A stretch of 63,464 nucleotides of DNA, counting the filler, from Cercozoa sp. M6MM (Eukaryota > Protista > Endomyxa: Ascetosporea), in assembly GCA_040357565.1 (NCBI GenBank). It is 8 parts of 8 records of this genome, joined end to end, with 100 filler letters (N's around TTAATTAATTAA, not from the genome) between each part and the next. Parts side by side here need not be neighbours in the genome. Positions count along the whole stretch, not along the records: positions 35,313 to 39,124 come from JBDODJ010001302.1; positions 39,225 to 46,151 come from JBDODJ010000680.1; positions 46,252 to 52,488 come from JBDODJ010000767.1; 5 more parts are not named here. One strand, given 5' to 3'. This document shows, piece after piece, positions 37,430-51,370 of this stretch. Position numbers and translations under genes: made by a program. The first letter of the stretch is position 1. Every line of letters starts with the position of its first letter. The notes below the pieces were generated by a model. That model made no database searches and was not told the origin of the DNA. It saw nothing but the letters and a program-made list of their open reading frames with translations.

Positions 37430-39124
37430 TGAGCCGAGAGTATGATCAGGTTCGACGTCGCGCGACACGCCATTAGACGTGTCTAATAGCTGTATCAGTA
37501 TTAAGGACTAAGCGTTGCAGCGACTGTGAGCAGTTTTAGCGTGAGTCGAGTGAGTCATCTTTGTGCAGCAGGAATCATGTTCGCTGTACTTTTGAGGTGT
37601 TTTAGAGCTTGTGCAGAGATGTCGAAACCTCGACCGCCGGGCGGTTTCCGCATGGACATGTCTGACGGTACAGTTAAAGCCTAAGCTGGCTTGAATTGGC
37701 TTAAATTCTTTTTTGTTCCCAGTGATGCGACGTCGCGAGGCGATTCTGCGACGCGAGAAGGAACGCGAAGAACGTTCGGCGAAACCTGTGGCTGTCAATA
37801 CGACTGAGGTGCCTTTTACCCCACTTTTACCTCCCCCTTTGCCCCCTTTACCCCTTGCCCCCCCCCACTGCAGACACCAAAGTCGCCAGTGCAGCGCGAG
37901 CGAGCACCGACGACATTCACGCGCGCTTCGAAGGAAACGCTTGCACAGCAGGTGCGTTGTTGTTGTTTCTACTTGTTGTGTGTTCTAGTTGTTTTTAATA
38001 GCCGCCGCCGAAAGCACCGCCGCGTGCTCCGCCAAAGAAGGTTGGTGTTTTACCCCCCCTTCATGCCCCCCTACCTTCCCATGTCGATTAGGCACCTCCT
38101 CGCATGCCACCGTCACGTGCGCCGCCGAAACCGTCGATGACACCGTCAGTGACACCGTCAGCGACACCGTCAGTGACACCGTCAGTGACACCGTCAGTGA
38201 CACCGTCGCCGCCGGCGCTTCCGAAGCGACCGCCGCCCAAGCCGGTAGCTTTACCCCCTACCCTTTACCCCTACCCCCTTTACCCCTTCCCCCCCTTTAC
38301 CCCTACCCCTTTACCCCTGCCCCCTTTACCCCTACCCCATTTACCCCTTCCCCCTCCCCCAGGTGAGCGCAACGCCAACTCCGCCGCCACGTGCGCCGCC
38401 TCGACCGGTGATCCTTACCCCCCCCCTATACAAGCCACGTGTCGCACTTTCATCGAGTGTCACCGTTACTGGGTGTGTGTGTGTGTGTGTGTGTATGTGT
38501 GTGCAGTCTGCGCCGCCTGTGCGACCGCCGCCACGTGCAGCCCAACCGTCACCGAAACCGCCGGCGGAACCGTCACCGAAACCGTTACCGAAGTCGGTTA
38601 AACCGTCTGAGGAACCGTCAGTGGAACCGTCGGTTAAACCGTCTGAGGAACCGTCAGTGGAACCGTCGGTTAAACCGTCCGAACCTTCGGTTAAACCGTC
38701 CGAACCGTCGGTTAAACCGTCCGAACCGTCGGTTAAACCGTCTGAACGGTCGGTGGAACCGTCACCGAAACCGCCGGCACGTGCGCCGCCGAGACCGGCA
38801 GTGATCGCGGTACCTTTGGTGTGTGTGTCCAGTGACCACTCAGTGGCGCACGTGTACAGTCGGCCACGTGAGTGACTCGGAGTGATCATTCTGTATTTGT
38901 GTGTATGTCTGCACCGTGCAGACGGTACCGCCGTCGGAAACGGCGACGCCAGAGGTGCCGAAAACAACGCCGCCGCGAGTGGTTTCTTTTTTTCTATTTT
39001 CGTCCGTCCGCGCGGATGGAAGAAAATTAAAAAAAAAAACTCGTCCGTGCAGAATGCGATGGCTCCGACGCCGCCGCCGCGTGCGCCGCCGCGGCCTGTA
39101 GCGTCACTTGTACCCCCCCCCCCC
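37430..39124 (+). CDS. Proline-rich repeat protein (PPRAPPRP, SVTP and SEPSVKP repeats); start uncertain, 3'-truncated
   Basis: A series of phase-0 exons, most carrying PPRAPP(K/R)P-like motifs; tandem coding repeats at about 38140-38205 and 38590-38765. Confidence 0.65.
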
Positions 39125-39224
39125 NNNNNNNNNNNNNNNNNNNNNNNNNNNNNNNNNNNNNNNNNNNNTTAATTAATTAANNNNNNNNNNNNNNNNNNNN
39201 NNNNNNNNNNNNNNNNNNNNNNNN

Positions 39225-39519
39225 GCGGTTCGACAATGCCCGTCGTCGCATCCACAAAGAGCCACTGGGATAAATACTCACACTCACACTCACACTCACA
39301 CTCACACTCACATTCACTCACACACTAGCGACATGAAAAGCTACGTAGTTCTCTTTGGCGAGAATGACACCCGGCGTGTCGCAGTCGGCACCTTCCGGAC
39401 ACACCTATTCGCAACAAACATATTCACACAAACATCGACGAGTACACATGCCCAGATAAATAAAGACGAAGCAGGTACCTCACAGTTGGCCACAGCATGT
39501 GCGTTCTGCGCCCTCTCCT

Positions 39520-39552
<33 letters not shown>

Positions 39553-39601
39553 TACAGATAGGTATAGACTAACACTAACACTAACGCTAACACTATCGCA
39601 A

Positions 39602-39647
<46 letters not shown>

Positions 39648-39747
39648 NNNNNNNNNNNNNNNNNNNNNNNNNNNNNNNNNNNNNNNNNNNNNNNNNNNNN
39701 NNNNNNNNNNNNNNNNNNNNNNNNNNNNNNNNNNNNNNNNNNNNNNN

Positions 39748-39814
<67 letters not shown>

Positions 39815-42337
39815 CAAAGGGTGTACCAGTTGCAACGCAGCCAGTGCGCGGGTCTCGGCGGCACTGCCAGGACCCGTACCACGAGCACTAAACACATCGA
39901 TGAGCAATATATCGATACACGCCAACTGTTCACTCTGAGTGAAGATGTACCGTTCGATATCGAGATTGCCTCGGGCAGAGGAATCTTGCTTCTGCGAAAG
40001 CACATTTCAGACTGACTAACCAACATCCCCTGGATGCTCCAGGGCAGTTACCTTGTCGGCCAGCCGTTCGGCAAGCTCGTCGTAGCCGTCGATCTGCGTG
40101 TGCACGTATCGTTCGAAGAAACTCAGAGAACCAGCCAACAGAGAAGAGAGTTGTACGACGAAAGCTTCGACGTCCAGATCGTCAAGTTTGATCAACTCCA
40201 CCACCGTGGGCGAGTAGAATCCTGTGTCTCATGAGGGACACACACACCGAGACGCAATAAACAGAAACCACACCGCATAATCACTGACTCACTCAAATAA
40301 ACCACACCCTTCACACAGAATTCGCACTGCGTCATGCCTGTCCGTGCCTCGCCTACGACGCCTCACACATACAAAAAGTAACAAAGAGAGTGCATAGGGC
40401 ACATAAGAAAACTACCACCAGCAAACACTGTGCCGACACGACACGGCTCACTGCGTGCACCGACAAGCACACATACAGGTGACGATACTAAACAAATAGC
40501 AAGAGCACAAACGCACCACTCCAAGAGACCAGTCTTTGAGGCCATTGTGAACGCTGGACACTATGAACAACAATACACATACGCATACACACAAAGCACT
40601 TCGGTAAGTATGTAACAATAGCAGGTGCAGGTACAATATCGCACGAGTCTTTGCCTGGTTTGCTGGCTGCTGTGCCCAGTGGACACTACGCACAAGCAGA
40701 CATAAAAGAGTGCGGAGGGTACAGTGGGAAGCATCAAAAGAAAAGCCACCTCGGTGCACTGCAGCTGACCCAGCAGCGGTTGCTGCATGCCCGCGCGACA
40801 CGGCGTGCAGCCACTCACGCCGACGGTTCCTGCCAACCGAGTGCGCGTGTAACACCCGAGACTACAGAGTGCACAGGACACGAGAGTTACCGTGCGTGCC
40901 AGCAGGACACGGAGCACACGAGTCGCCTCGATCGTCCACTTGTCTAGGGAGAGTCACAGGCAAGCATGCCGTGTACTGCAAACTGAAGCAAACAACAGAT
41001 GATACTGCGCCTCGCCACACGCGACACACTTGGTGCCAGTCGAGTCCTGTCCAATCAATCGTCCATTTTAGACATTGGACGGAATGCGGGGAGGGGGTTA
41101 AGCGAAAACTACAGAACGCTCAAAGTCCTCGCACGGCGTGCACACGCTCTGTCCAGGGTTCTCCTGCACCATGCCAGGAGGACACGGCAGACACTCACGA
41201 ACGCCGAAGCGAGGCGACTCCTACAGGCATAAACTACACGGATATACACTGTGAGGCTGTCAATGTAATCTCACCGGAGAGTAGGTGCCGGGACGACACT
41301 CTGAGCATTGCACCTGCACACAAGCAAACACATAGAGAATATGATGTACACAGGACAAGAGTCAGTACCGATGCAGGCGTCAATGCGTACGAGCCATTGT
41401 GGCACGGTTCCTGCCGCACAAGTCATGTACACCAAAATCACCCTGGCACGCACGACAGGATAATACCTGCGCCGACTCGGACATCCAGCGGAAGCCTGGC
41501 GCCGACGGGACGCACTCGTGCGCACCCGGTGACTCGGCAATGTAGCCACTCGAGCAAGTTTCGCATCGCTACAGACACATACACAGGTACACAGCAAACA
41601 GGCACACTGGTAGTGTTGGAAAGACTCCCCACCGACAATGAACCGTCGTTGGCCGTGCCTGGCTGACACGGCACGCACTCCTGTCCAACAGCACGCCATA
41701 ACAAGGCGGAGACTACGGTTAGGGCAAGCCAGGATGTACAGTGGGATTGTCGCTGTTGGCCTCCAGACCAGCGCCGCATGTTGCGTATGACAACTAAAGC
41801 AAAAAACACGAGGGAGTGAGGTACAAGGGAAGAAAGGCACTGTGTTGAAGAGTCTACCGTCGTGCCTTCGAATGCGAGCACCTCACCAGCGATTCCGCCC
41901 ACCTGTTCTCAAGTACCGACAAATCCATTTCGCAAACCTTTCCCATCAATCAATTGAAAGGCAAAATGCAATTCATACCAGAAGTGAGATCTCCAGGTTC
42001 AAACCCACGCCTACGCGAGTAAACATGCACACACATACACAATGCGAATGCACATGCCTAACAATAGAAAACGCACCGGCCGGGATGTCGGCATGCAGCA
42101 GTTCATGCGGTTTCTGCGTATCATGCCACACGTTCGACGCGTCTACGGACACACAAAACAGCCGTTCGGGGGTCAAAATTTAAGGGGTCAGTAGTACAAC
42201 AGGGACAGGACGTACCCACGCGGATGTTGCCCAGCAGCAGAGCGATCGGTGCATCGGGCGGACCAAAGAAGCGACCGTGCACGTTGAGCCGCGACGTGCT
42301 CGTTCTCTGTGTCACAGCACGCATACAGACATGCACG

Positions 42338-42427
<90 letters not shown>

Positions 42428-42507
42428 CTCCAAAAGGTACGCTGCAGTCGGCGACACGCAACGGGTGACTAGCGTCCGACGTGCACCCACTAAAGAAGGA
42501 GATAGAT

Positions 42508-42589
<82 letters not shown>

Positions 42590-44958
42590 GGATAGATAGA
42601 TAGACAAAGAGATAGGCAGCTAGACAGATAGACAGAGTGGGTGGGGTAGACTACCTGGGTGACGTTATGGAGTACACTTCAGGAGCACGGTAGCCAAAGC
42701 ATCGCTCGCAGATGGACTCCTTGCCGTTCGCGCGAATGATGATCGGCACATACTGCAACAGAAAAAGCAAGCAAGTATTGTGCGAGCATTGCGAAATGCA
42801 AAACGACAGTACGGTGCCAGCGCCCGGCGGAATCAAAACCGTGGCGATCTGTCCAAGGCAACAACAAGCGCTCGACTCAACACATTTCAGGGGAGAGTCA
42901 CGCACCTTTTCCTCGCCCGGTGAGATGTCCAGCGGCAGCACTGCACACCGAGAGCACAAACATGAGGCAAGGGACGAATACACACACACAGACAGCATTT
43001 GGTATAGACAAGTCGTACAGTACTTGCTGTCCAAATCGATGAAGGTGGCACCCGACACGAACTGAGCAACGGTACAAACACTAGACTTGGCAATTCGGAC
43101 CTTAGAGGAAGGGAACCTTGTCGCCGTGCACGACGAGTGTCATGCCACCGGCCGTGTCGCACAGTGTCTTGTCTGCCAAGCACGAACACACAACATACGA
43201 GGCAGGCCTGAGAAAAACAAAAGTTACTGTTGGCAACAACAAGACACGAGTCGTCCGTCGGCTCCATCTGTCCATGTGGCACCTCTCAGCAAAGCTCTTA
43301 AGCAGGATCGACCCGCCATGTCCGGAGATGATTACGTAAGACAACACTGGCGGCTCTGGGAAGTGCACGCGGTCAGGGACATCGACGCTCCATTCGCGCG
43401 TGTGCAGGGTCAGCACCCACTTTATACGCAGATTTATACACATAGACATATTGATGTGTATGCACAGAAAAGAGGCTACGTTGCGTCCAGGCACACGCAG
43501 GGCGTCGATTTCGCACACCACCTTGACTGCAGAGAGAGACAGAGGGAGAGAGGTAACAACAAAACATATAGATCAGTAGCGCGTACCATTCGCTACCGTC
43601 GATCGAACTAGACAGTTCAAGTTGCACGCTTGATCCTACACATACATACATACATATATAATACATATACATATATAGAGTGAGCAGGAACCTCGGTCGA
43701 CGGACAGTTCTGGCGTTCCATGGTGACTTGCGCGTCGGTCAGAGGACCAAGTCGTTCGCCCTACCGTGGGTCGTACATCGCAAGCACATCATACAAACAA
43801 ACATGAGGATGATACCTCGAAGGTCAGCTGGGACTCGGGAATATTGCTCAGGAAGGAGACAGGCGGCTCGTTCTGAAAAGCAGACGGGTAGCGCGCCAAG
43901 GAGCCCGCCGTGATCACAGGTGGCTACATACACAGAATAAATGCCGGTCTCTTTCATCTCTGGGGGGGGGGGTAAACTACCAGCCACGACAGTCGCACGA
44001 GGCGCACGAGGTTGTATGAGTCTATTCACACACAGACAGTTAGACATACAAGGAAAACTCAAGACACAAAGGTCGGTACCCAAGTAGCCACCGTTAACAG
44101 TACGATCCACTCGGTACTGCAGCAGCGTCGAAAATTAAAAAAGAGAGACAGGGAAATAGGTAGAGAAGCTGGTGCTACCGACAGCGCGACCTCTCTGTTC
44201 CTGCCCGTCATACCCCGAGGCACCTGTACACACACACACGCATGCAAGAACACACAACGCTGGGTAGGAGGGTAGGTACTTGGAACACGAGCTGCGAGTA
44301 GGCACGCCGTCCGTCGCTCCACTCGTCGGAGAAGATACACTCTGCGCACATACAATACATACATGTATATAAGCATATATGTTAGTATACATATATTTTT
44401 TTAATAGATATGTTCAATACATATACACACATGCACGCACATCTCAGATATTTGCAGACAGAGTACCGTCCCACACGATTTCAAGCGACTCGGTGCCATC
44501 AAACTGTTGAACACAAACATACACTCGGCACAACAGGATACTCCCAGAGAGCTGCATGCAGATTACCTCGGCCGTCGCATAGTCGGCAGGCGAAGTGATG
44601 TTGCTCGCATTCCCGAACGTCAGAACCGTATTAAAACTCTGCAAGGTACCACACACACAATGAACAAAACAGATGTAAGGCAAGACTGCAGTACCGACGG
44701 CGTCGACCATGCAGACTGAGCCACGGTGGCACGGAACATGCGCGGTCCGTAGACTTGCACCGAGAACTTTAGCGGGTCAACTGCACACACACGCACACAC
44801 GCACACACACAACCACACACACACACACACAGGCGTACATGTAGCATACACGGCCCCGCGTACTGTGTATTTGTTGTACTGTTGTTGTCGATGCCGCGAA
44901 TGTGTGCAATGCCATCCACAGTGTCCTGCAAAGCACACACCTGTCACACACACACACG

Positions 44959-45037
<79 letters not shown>

Positions 45038-46105
45038 TGACCCCCTCGCTGATGCTACCACAACGGCGGCATGGCCGGCCGAGTCGATCAGCTGCACCGA
45101 CGACGACTCTACATGCGCCCAGCGCGACGGCAGCAGGTCCACCCGGGCTAAGGCTACATGGATGGACACATGCACAAGTATCGACAGAGACAAATCCCCA
45201 GATTAAGTAGAGACGTTGCAAACCAGGCAGGTAAACGTCCATCCAAGCAGGCTTGAACTCGGGATTAAACAGCCCCAGTTGGTGCAACATGACGCCGCTA
45301 ATTAGTGCCGTCATGTGCACTGGGTACTCCTCGCTCAACTACAACATGTTTGGCTCGACCAATGTCGCCTATCCAAAGGACAAAAAGGTACAGTAAAGGT
45401 AGGCGTCAGGCGATTCGCGTCAGTGAAACTCGTAGTGCGTGCTGTCACATACATGTGAGGTGTGTGCACATGCTCCAGCAGGCACAAAAAGTACTGCTGG
45501 TGTTGAAAAATGGTAGCGGCTCCAGCACGGTCTGTGGCACATTCTGCCCACAGAGATACTTGTATATACACACAGCACACACACACACAACACACACACA
45601 CGCACACACAATAGTGGGGGAGAACACACCGAAGGAAGCGAGCCCAAGACGGCAACGAACATGTCGAACGACCGGAACGGCGTGTCCTGTTCGAACAGCG
45701 ATCAGTGTCACAAAGCAACATGTAACAGTCAGATGGAAACACGATGCGCACCTCTTCGAACAGGCGCGACGCATTGATGGTGATATAGCCGATCGCATCA
45801 CCGCCTGTGGCCTACGCAAGAAAGAAGAAAAGGGTAAAACACACACACACACACACACATCAGAGGAAGGAGGGAAGGCTACCGTCGGGGCAGGCGGGCT
45901 GTACTTCACCTTCAAAGGAATGCACCGCTTGGCCTCCTCCGATGCTGAAGCACCAGCACTTGAAGCCAACGAGAGACCCCCTTAAGACAGGAAAAGATAA
46001 TGATACACAGATCAGCACCATCGTCGAACACGAGACCAAACTCGTCCTGCATCGTGGAGGCTCCCTGCAGCATGTGTCGCCGTTGTAAGTTTGAAAGGAC
46101 AGCAG

Positions 46106-46151
<46 letters not shown>
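39225..46151 (-). CDS. Large extracellular/surface protein with ephrin-receptor-like (GCC2/GCC3) Cys repeats; truncated at both ends
   Basis: More than 30 short exons between (TG)n-rich introns. Repeats ECVPCQPGTANDG, ECLPCPPGMVQENPGQSVCTPC, SCAPCPAGT, GCTPCRAGMQQPLLGQLQCTE|CPLGTAASKPGKDSC at about 40400-41690. Confidence 0.65.
42339..42605 (+). repeat. (CA)n and (GATA)n intronic microsatellites
   Basis: Directly visible at 42339-42426 and 42500-42605. Confidence 0.95.
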
Positions 46152-46251
46152 NNNNNNNNNNNNNNNNNNNNNNNNNNNNNNNNNNNNNNNNNNNNTTAAT
46201 TAATTAANNNNNNNNNNNNNNNNNNNNNNNNNNNNNNNNNNNNNNNNNNNN

Positions 46252-47706
46252 GGGGTGGAGGGTAAAGGGCTGGAGGGTAAAGGGCTGGGGGATGGAGAGG
46301 AACCGAGCCCAACACACCGTGAGCGGCTCGTCATCCTCGCGGCCGCGACTCCGCAGTCGACGCAGACGCGTCAGCATGCCGACGCTCTCGCTGCTGATTT
46401 CGTCGTGTTCCGCGCTGAAGCGAACAACGTGATATCAACTGGAAAAATACCAAGAAAGCCAACTAAAAATATACGAGAAAGAGTCGCCAAACACTTCGTG
46501 CAGCAGCGACTCGGCATTCTTCTTTGCTTTCAACATTGCCTGAACAAATTCAATCAGTTTAACCGCTTGAAAAAAACTGTTTTCTGTAGTAAACCTCTTT
46601 CGCCGAACTGAGTTGGCGCTGCGCCACCTTCGCCGTTTCGAAACACTGAGCACAGCCCAGAAAGAGTATAGAATCTTCAAAGAAGAAAACAAATAAAAAA
46701 GCTCGAGAAATACGCCTTCTCTGGCCGAGGTGCATTTCCTAATGGTCTCCTCAGTGTGCGCTAGGTGCATTCTTAAACGACTGGCCTACGCAGACACAAC
46801 ATGCAAGTGCATTCAAGCAGCGAATGAACACACAAAGTGAATGAGTGTGACCAAGTGGCGTTTCTCAGCAGCCAGTGTTGACAAGGTCTGCATAGCGTGC
46901 ACGGCCACTTCCATCACTTCGGTGGCACCCTGCGTAGGTGGCGGTGTTTCTTCACACAAAGGGACCATGAGAATACAAAACACACAGGCACACAGACCAG
47001 AAGGCAAAAAAGTACTTGTCGCCGAATCGCGCACTTGCGACGATTTCCGTCTGCACAAAGACACACGGCAAGATAACAACATACAGAGTTGAGTTTAAGT
47101 AGACTGGAGTGCACCGGACGAAGAGCGATCGGCGGCGAGGCACTGAAGAGGAAGTCTGCGACGCCGTGGTGTCACCTGCCGGCGGAGAGCACAGGGAGGA
47201 GATCTCGGCGCAGTGTCGCTGCGCCAGCAGCATCATGTCGTTGCTGTGCTGCTCGGTGAGCTGACTGTAGTCGCGCCAGAAGGCGCTCACCTTGCGTAGC
47301 AACGCTTCGTTCTGCTCTGAGTGCGCACACACCACGCGCCACTGCACACCCACACACGCATATATAATATTAAATATATATATATATACATACGTATATA
47401 TATATATATACATACAAAAACATAGGCAAGGCTACCTTGTGAAGCAACTGACTGGCGTAGTCGCCCTCACTCGAGCAGGACGACTCGCCGGAACCTGCGG
47501 CAGTTGCTGACGCCTGAGCTTGCTGCGCATCCACGATCGTGTTGAGTCGCTCCTGCTCCCGCACCGGCGGCAACTGGAGTGCCTCCTGCAGCATTATATC
47601 AGATCAGTAGCCTCACATGTTGAGACAGAGAGAACACACCAGTGACACGCTCGACGACAGTGGCCGTATTGGCGAGAGCTGCACGAGAGGCACGTATCAC
47701 CCCTTG

Positions 47707-47786
<80 letters not shown>

Positions 47787-48353
47787 GTGCCTATATGTAT
47801 CTGCGCTACCTTGCTGTGCGATGGCGAGAGTGCCGAGCTGGCCGAGCGACTGCGTGGCGGCATTTTCGGCGGCAAGGCACGCATCGGAATCTTCTGCTGT
47901 TTATGTAGAAACAGAGTCCTTAAAGCCTGGCATACATTTTATCTCGCTGAAATGATCGGTACACACGGCACATCGTCCGCGACACTGCCGTCAAAACCAG
48001 CGAATGGAGACGGCATCTGCTCACGTCGACGCAGCGAAAGTCTTACTGGTGCCTAAAGCAAAAGACATCAAGTTGATACAGACACTGGAATAATACTGCA
48101 ATGAAACGTCCATGTATAGACACAAGTCGCAGTAGAACTGTACCCCAGACATGCGACGTCCGAGCGGAGATGGCACGAATACCATGTCCGTTGGCCCCTG
48201 TTGCAAAACAGAGTACCTTAGTAGAAACGAGCACTATTCTTGCAAAAAGAGCACAAGATGTTGTACCATGTCTGGTGTGGAGGTGATCGTCACATTGTAC
48301 GCAGCTTCAGCGCTTGTGCTCACGTCACTGGAGGCGACAGCACTGCTCGACAT
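46252..48353 (-). CDS. Hypothetical helical protein, possibly F-BAR-like; 3'-truncated
   Basis: Spliced exons from MSSSAVASSDV. The segment NEALLRKVSAFWRDYSQLTEQHSNDMMLLAQRH resembles an FCH helix; the family call is weak. Confidence 0.45.
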
Positions 48354-48807
48354 GCTGCCGAACACTACACACGCGTGCGCAGCAATACAGCTGGGACAGT
48401 TACAGCTCTAGCGGTGCTCTTTGGAGATTATCGATAGTTTGGACTGGATGTTGTTTTGTTCTACCGATCGCGATCAATTGATTCTCCACGACTAGGCTCG
48501 CTGCCCGCCAGAAGCCGTGCCGCTGGCGCAAAAGCGGATGTGCGGGGTCTATCACGTTCTTTACGGTTCGCAAAAACGCTTGAAACGCTCGCACTTGTGC
48601 CCCGACAGCAGGCCAGGAACGATCACCTTGGAGTGACACGTGTCAGGTGGTCGTGCCTGTTTTTGATCGCACTCGTGCACGCGATTCGCTGTCGGGTAGT
48701 ACTTGAGAACGAATTTCGCACATCGATGTCGCGTCGTCACCGGCCGAGTGACCATCATGAAACTGAACTGAATTTCTTTGTTGACTTTACGACTGGGACC
48801 TTTAAGT

Positions 48808-49181
48808 TCAAAGCCCAAACTTGCGCGACAGAAGAAGCTTGTTCTGCGACTTTGGGACGAGCTTGCGACGTTTGTCCTTATTTTGCTGTTTTCTCGACTT
48901 GGCCGAAGGCTTTGTGCGCTTCTTGCCGAGCTGCTGGGTCGCCGGTTTCTTGGCGGTTTTAACTGCCGGAAGCGAAGGCGCATCGACCGTCTCCGTCACC
49001 TCATATCCCGGAATGCGCTCGAAAACAGCGACAAAGAAGCCATTGGTGCGGTCGTTCTGCGGACAGGCGCGCACGAGGCACTCGCTGAGGTCGCAGTGCT
49101 GCTGCTCAGGCGTGAGACCGCTCCAGTCAAAACTAGCGAGGCCACGTCGCTTCCACGCCGGCAGACTGCACAAGTTAAACT

Positions 49182-49230
<49 letters not shown>

Positions 49231-50887
49231 ACCAAGAGCATGAAAATACAGACCAGCCGGATCGTAAGCGCCACTGCGGGTGCGTTTGGAGCGCATGCAG
49301 CACAACCTGTTCGTTCTCCTCCTCGTGCACAGAGCAGGTCGAGTAGGCCACGCGTTGGGCACCAGGGAAGGCCGTCAGCGCGTGCGACAGGAGTCGCTTC
49401 TGGAACGCAGCCAGAGCCGGCACATCGCTTCGTTCCTGATGCAGGTGATCGGCACGGTGCTGCACGAGACCGCTACCGGAGCAACTCGGATCCAACAAAA
49501 TGGCATCCACGGCGTCATCTTGAGCCTGATCGAAAGAACCAAAAAGCCGTCAAAACAGAGATCCGGTAAGACTCGTCAATGCACAAAAGGAAACATCGTT
49601 ACATCAAGGAAGCTGCCATGCACGACGGAAATAACTTTGTTGGCATGCAGTGCATGCACACGCCGACGCAGCAACTTGCAGCGCCGCTCATCGATCTCGT
49701 AGGCAAGCACTTGCTTCGCTTGCGTCGCCAACTGCGTCGTTTTGTTGCCCGGTGCAGCACAACCGTCTATAGATCATACAAGCTGGCATAAAACAGATCG
49801 AAATAGCTTAAAACGATTGAACGCACTGGCGCAACGCACCAATGACTCGCCACTCGGGCAAAGGATCCAAAGCAGCTGCTGTGAAACAAGACGCCTTGTC
49901 TTGCAAAATGAGCGCACCCGACTTGACCAGGTCGTGCTCGAAACTGCGAAAATACAAAAAAGAGAAAAGTACAGTTCGCCGTGTTTGACAAGAAAGCAGG
50001 GTTACAGAAACTTGTGTGCCGCTGGCGAAAACTCGAGGAGGTTTGGCACTGCATCATCTGCGCGGAAGTCACGCTGCTCAACAGGGGCTTGTGCCGTCAC
50101 CTGAGTGAAACCGTCAGCCAGCAGTGCGGCGGCAGTGTCATCGAAAGACTTGACGAGAGTGTTGACACGTGCGTAGCGCGGCATTTCGACACGGCGTCGC
50201 TCTTCTGGCAACAGTTCTTGCACGGTCTCGACTTGAGCTTGCGTCATGAGCTTAGCCAGTGCGTTTTCCTGTGTGCACATATTTGGCGTCATCAAGTTAC
50301 ATCAAAGAGCTTTTGCTACCAAAGCAGGCTTCAATTCTATCAGTTTCTTCTTCAAAGCACCTATGAAGCATTTAAATAACAACTGCGTCCTCATTCGGGT
50401 ATAAGAAACCAAACATGACAACAAGGGTACGACAAGCAGGGTGACGATACCTCCGCCAACCAGTCGTCGGTGCTTGCCGAGCACCAATTCAAACACCATC
50501 ACACGAATCATCTCAGTGCGCGTTCCGACTTCAGAAACGTCGACTTGTTCGAACAGCTCGTCCAAAACAGAGGCATCTACGCGGCAAACTTGTGAACCAA
50601 ATCATCCAGGAACGTGAATAGTCATCGTACAACGAAGTGTCTCCGAAACGAGCGCGAACACTGCTCGAGAAATCAATACGTGTACAAACCTCTTCTCGAT
50701 TCAAACTGCATACCTTGTTTTTTCAATCGAACACCTATTGATCGGTCACCGAAAATGATAGTTTTCAGTCCTGTGCGACTACAAGAACGCAAGACGTCGC
50801 TATTTCAAAGTGCCCATCATTTAATTGAAATTACCTGCGTGAAAGAGTCTCTAAAACCTCCGCCGCCTTCCGATACTGCTGTGCCAT
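48808..50887 (-). CDS. NSUN5: NSUN5/Rcm1 large-subunit rRNA m5C methyltransferase
   Basis: VFALVSETLR, PRYARVNTL, ILQDKASCF, CAAPGNKTTQLA, ILLDPSCSGSG, LAAFQKRLLSHAL, VAYSTCSVHEEENEQVV, TNGFFVAVFER, and a Lys-rich tail. Confidence 0.93.
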
Positions 50888-51370
50888 AGTATTCGCACAC
50901 CAAGACTCACAATACGCAGACTGTTTGTGCCTACCTGGCGACTTGACTTGACAGTTGTTGCTTCAAAACGGACACAACATTCCCCGTCAGGTAGTTCCCA
51001 AGCACTGTACAATGTACGACTTGCCTGCTTCAACTGTTGGTCAACGTATCGGATGCGACATATGGCATCAGGAGTACTTCGATTTATTGTAGATACGGAT
51101 CTATTCTTATTAGCGGATGCGACGCGTCCTTAAACACAACCGGCACTCCGGTTCACATCGGAAAGCGACTGTTTCTTCTCGTTGAGGTGTTACAGTGGAC
51201 CGTTGCGTGTACTAGCAGCACATTTGTTGCCGTGGTCAAAAGAGATTGTCTCTTTTTGGTCCCGCGACAAGAATAATTTGCCTCCACCCAGGGGGCCGTG
51301 GTTCAAGTGAGGCCCGCCAGTGTGTGCTCGCGCGTGTGCGTGTTCGTGAGAGGCCGGCCGGTTCACTGCC

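Noticed and set aside
40710-41666. 318-aa plus-strand ORF
   Set aside because: It is antisense to the Cys-repeat exons; the CA-rich strand is depleted of stops.
48778-49569. 263-aa plus-strand ORF
   Set aside because: It is antisense to NSUN5.
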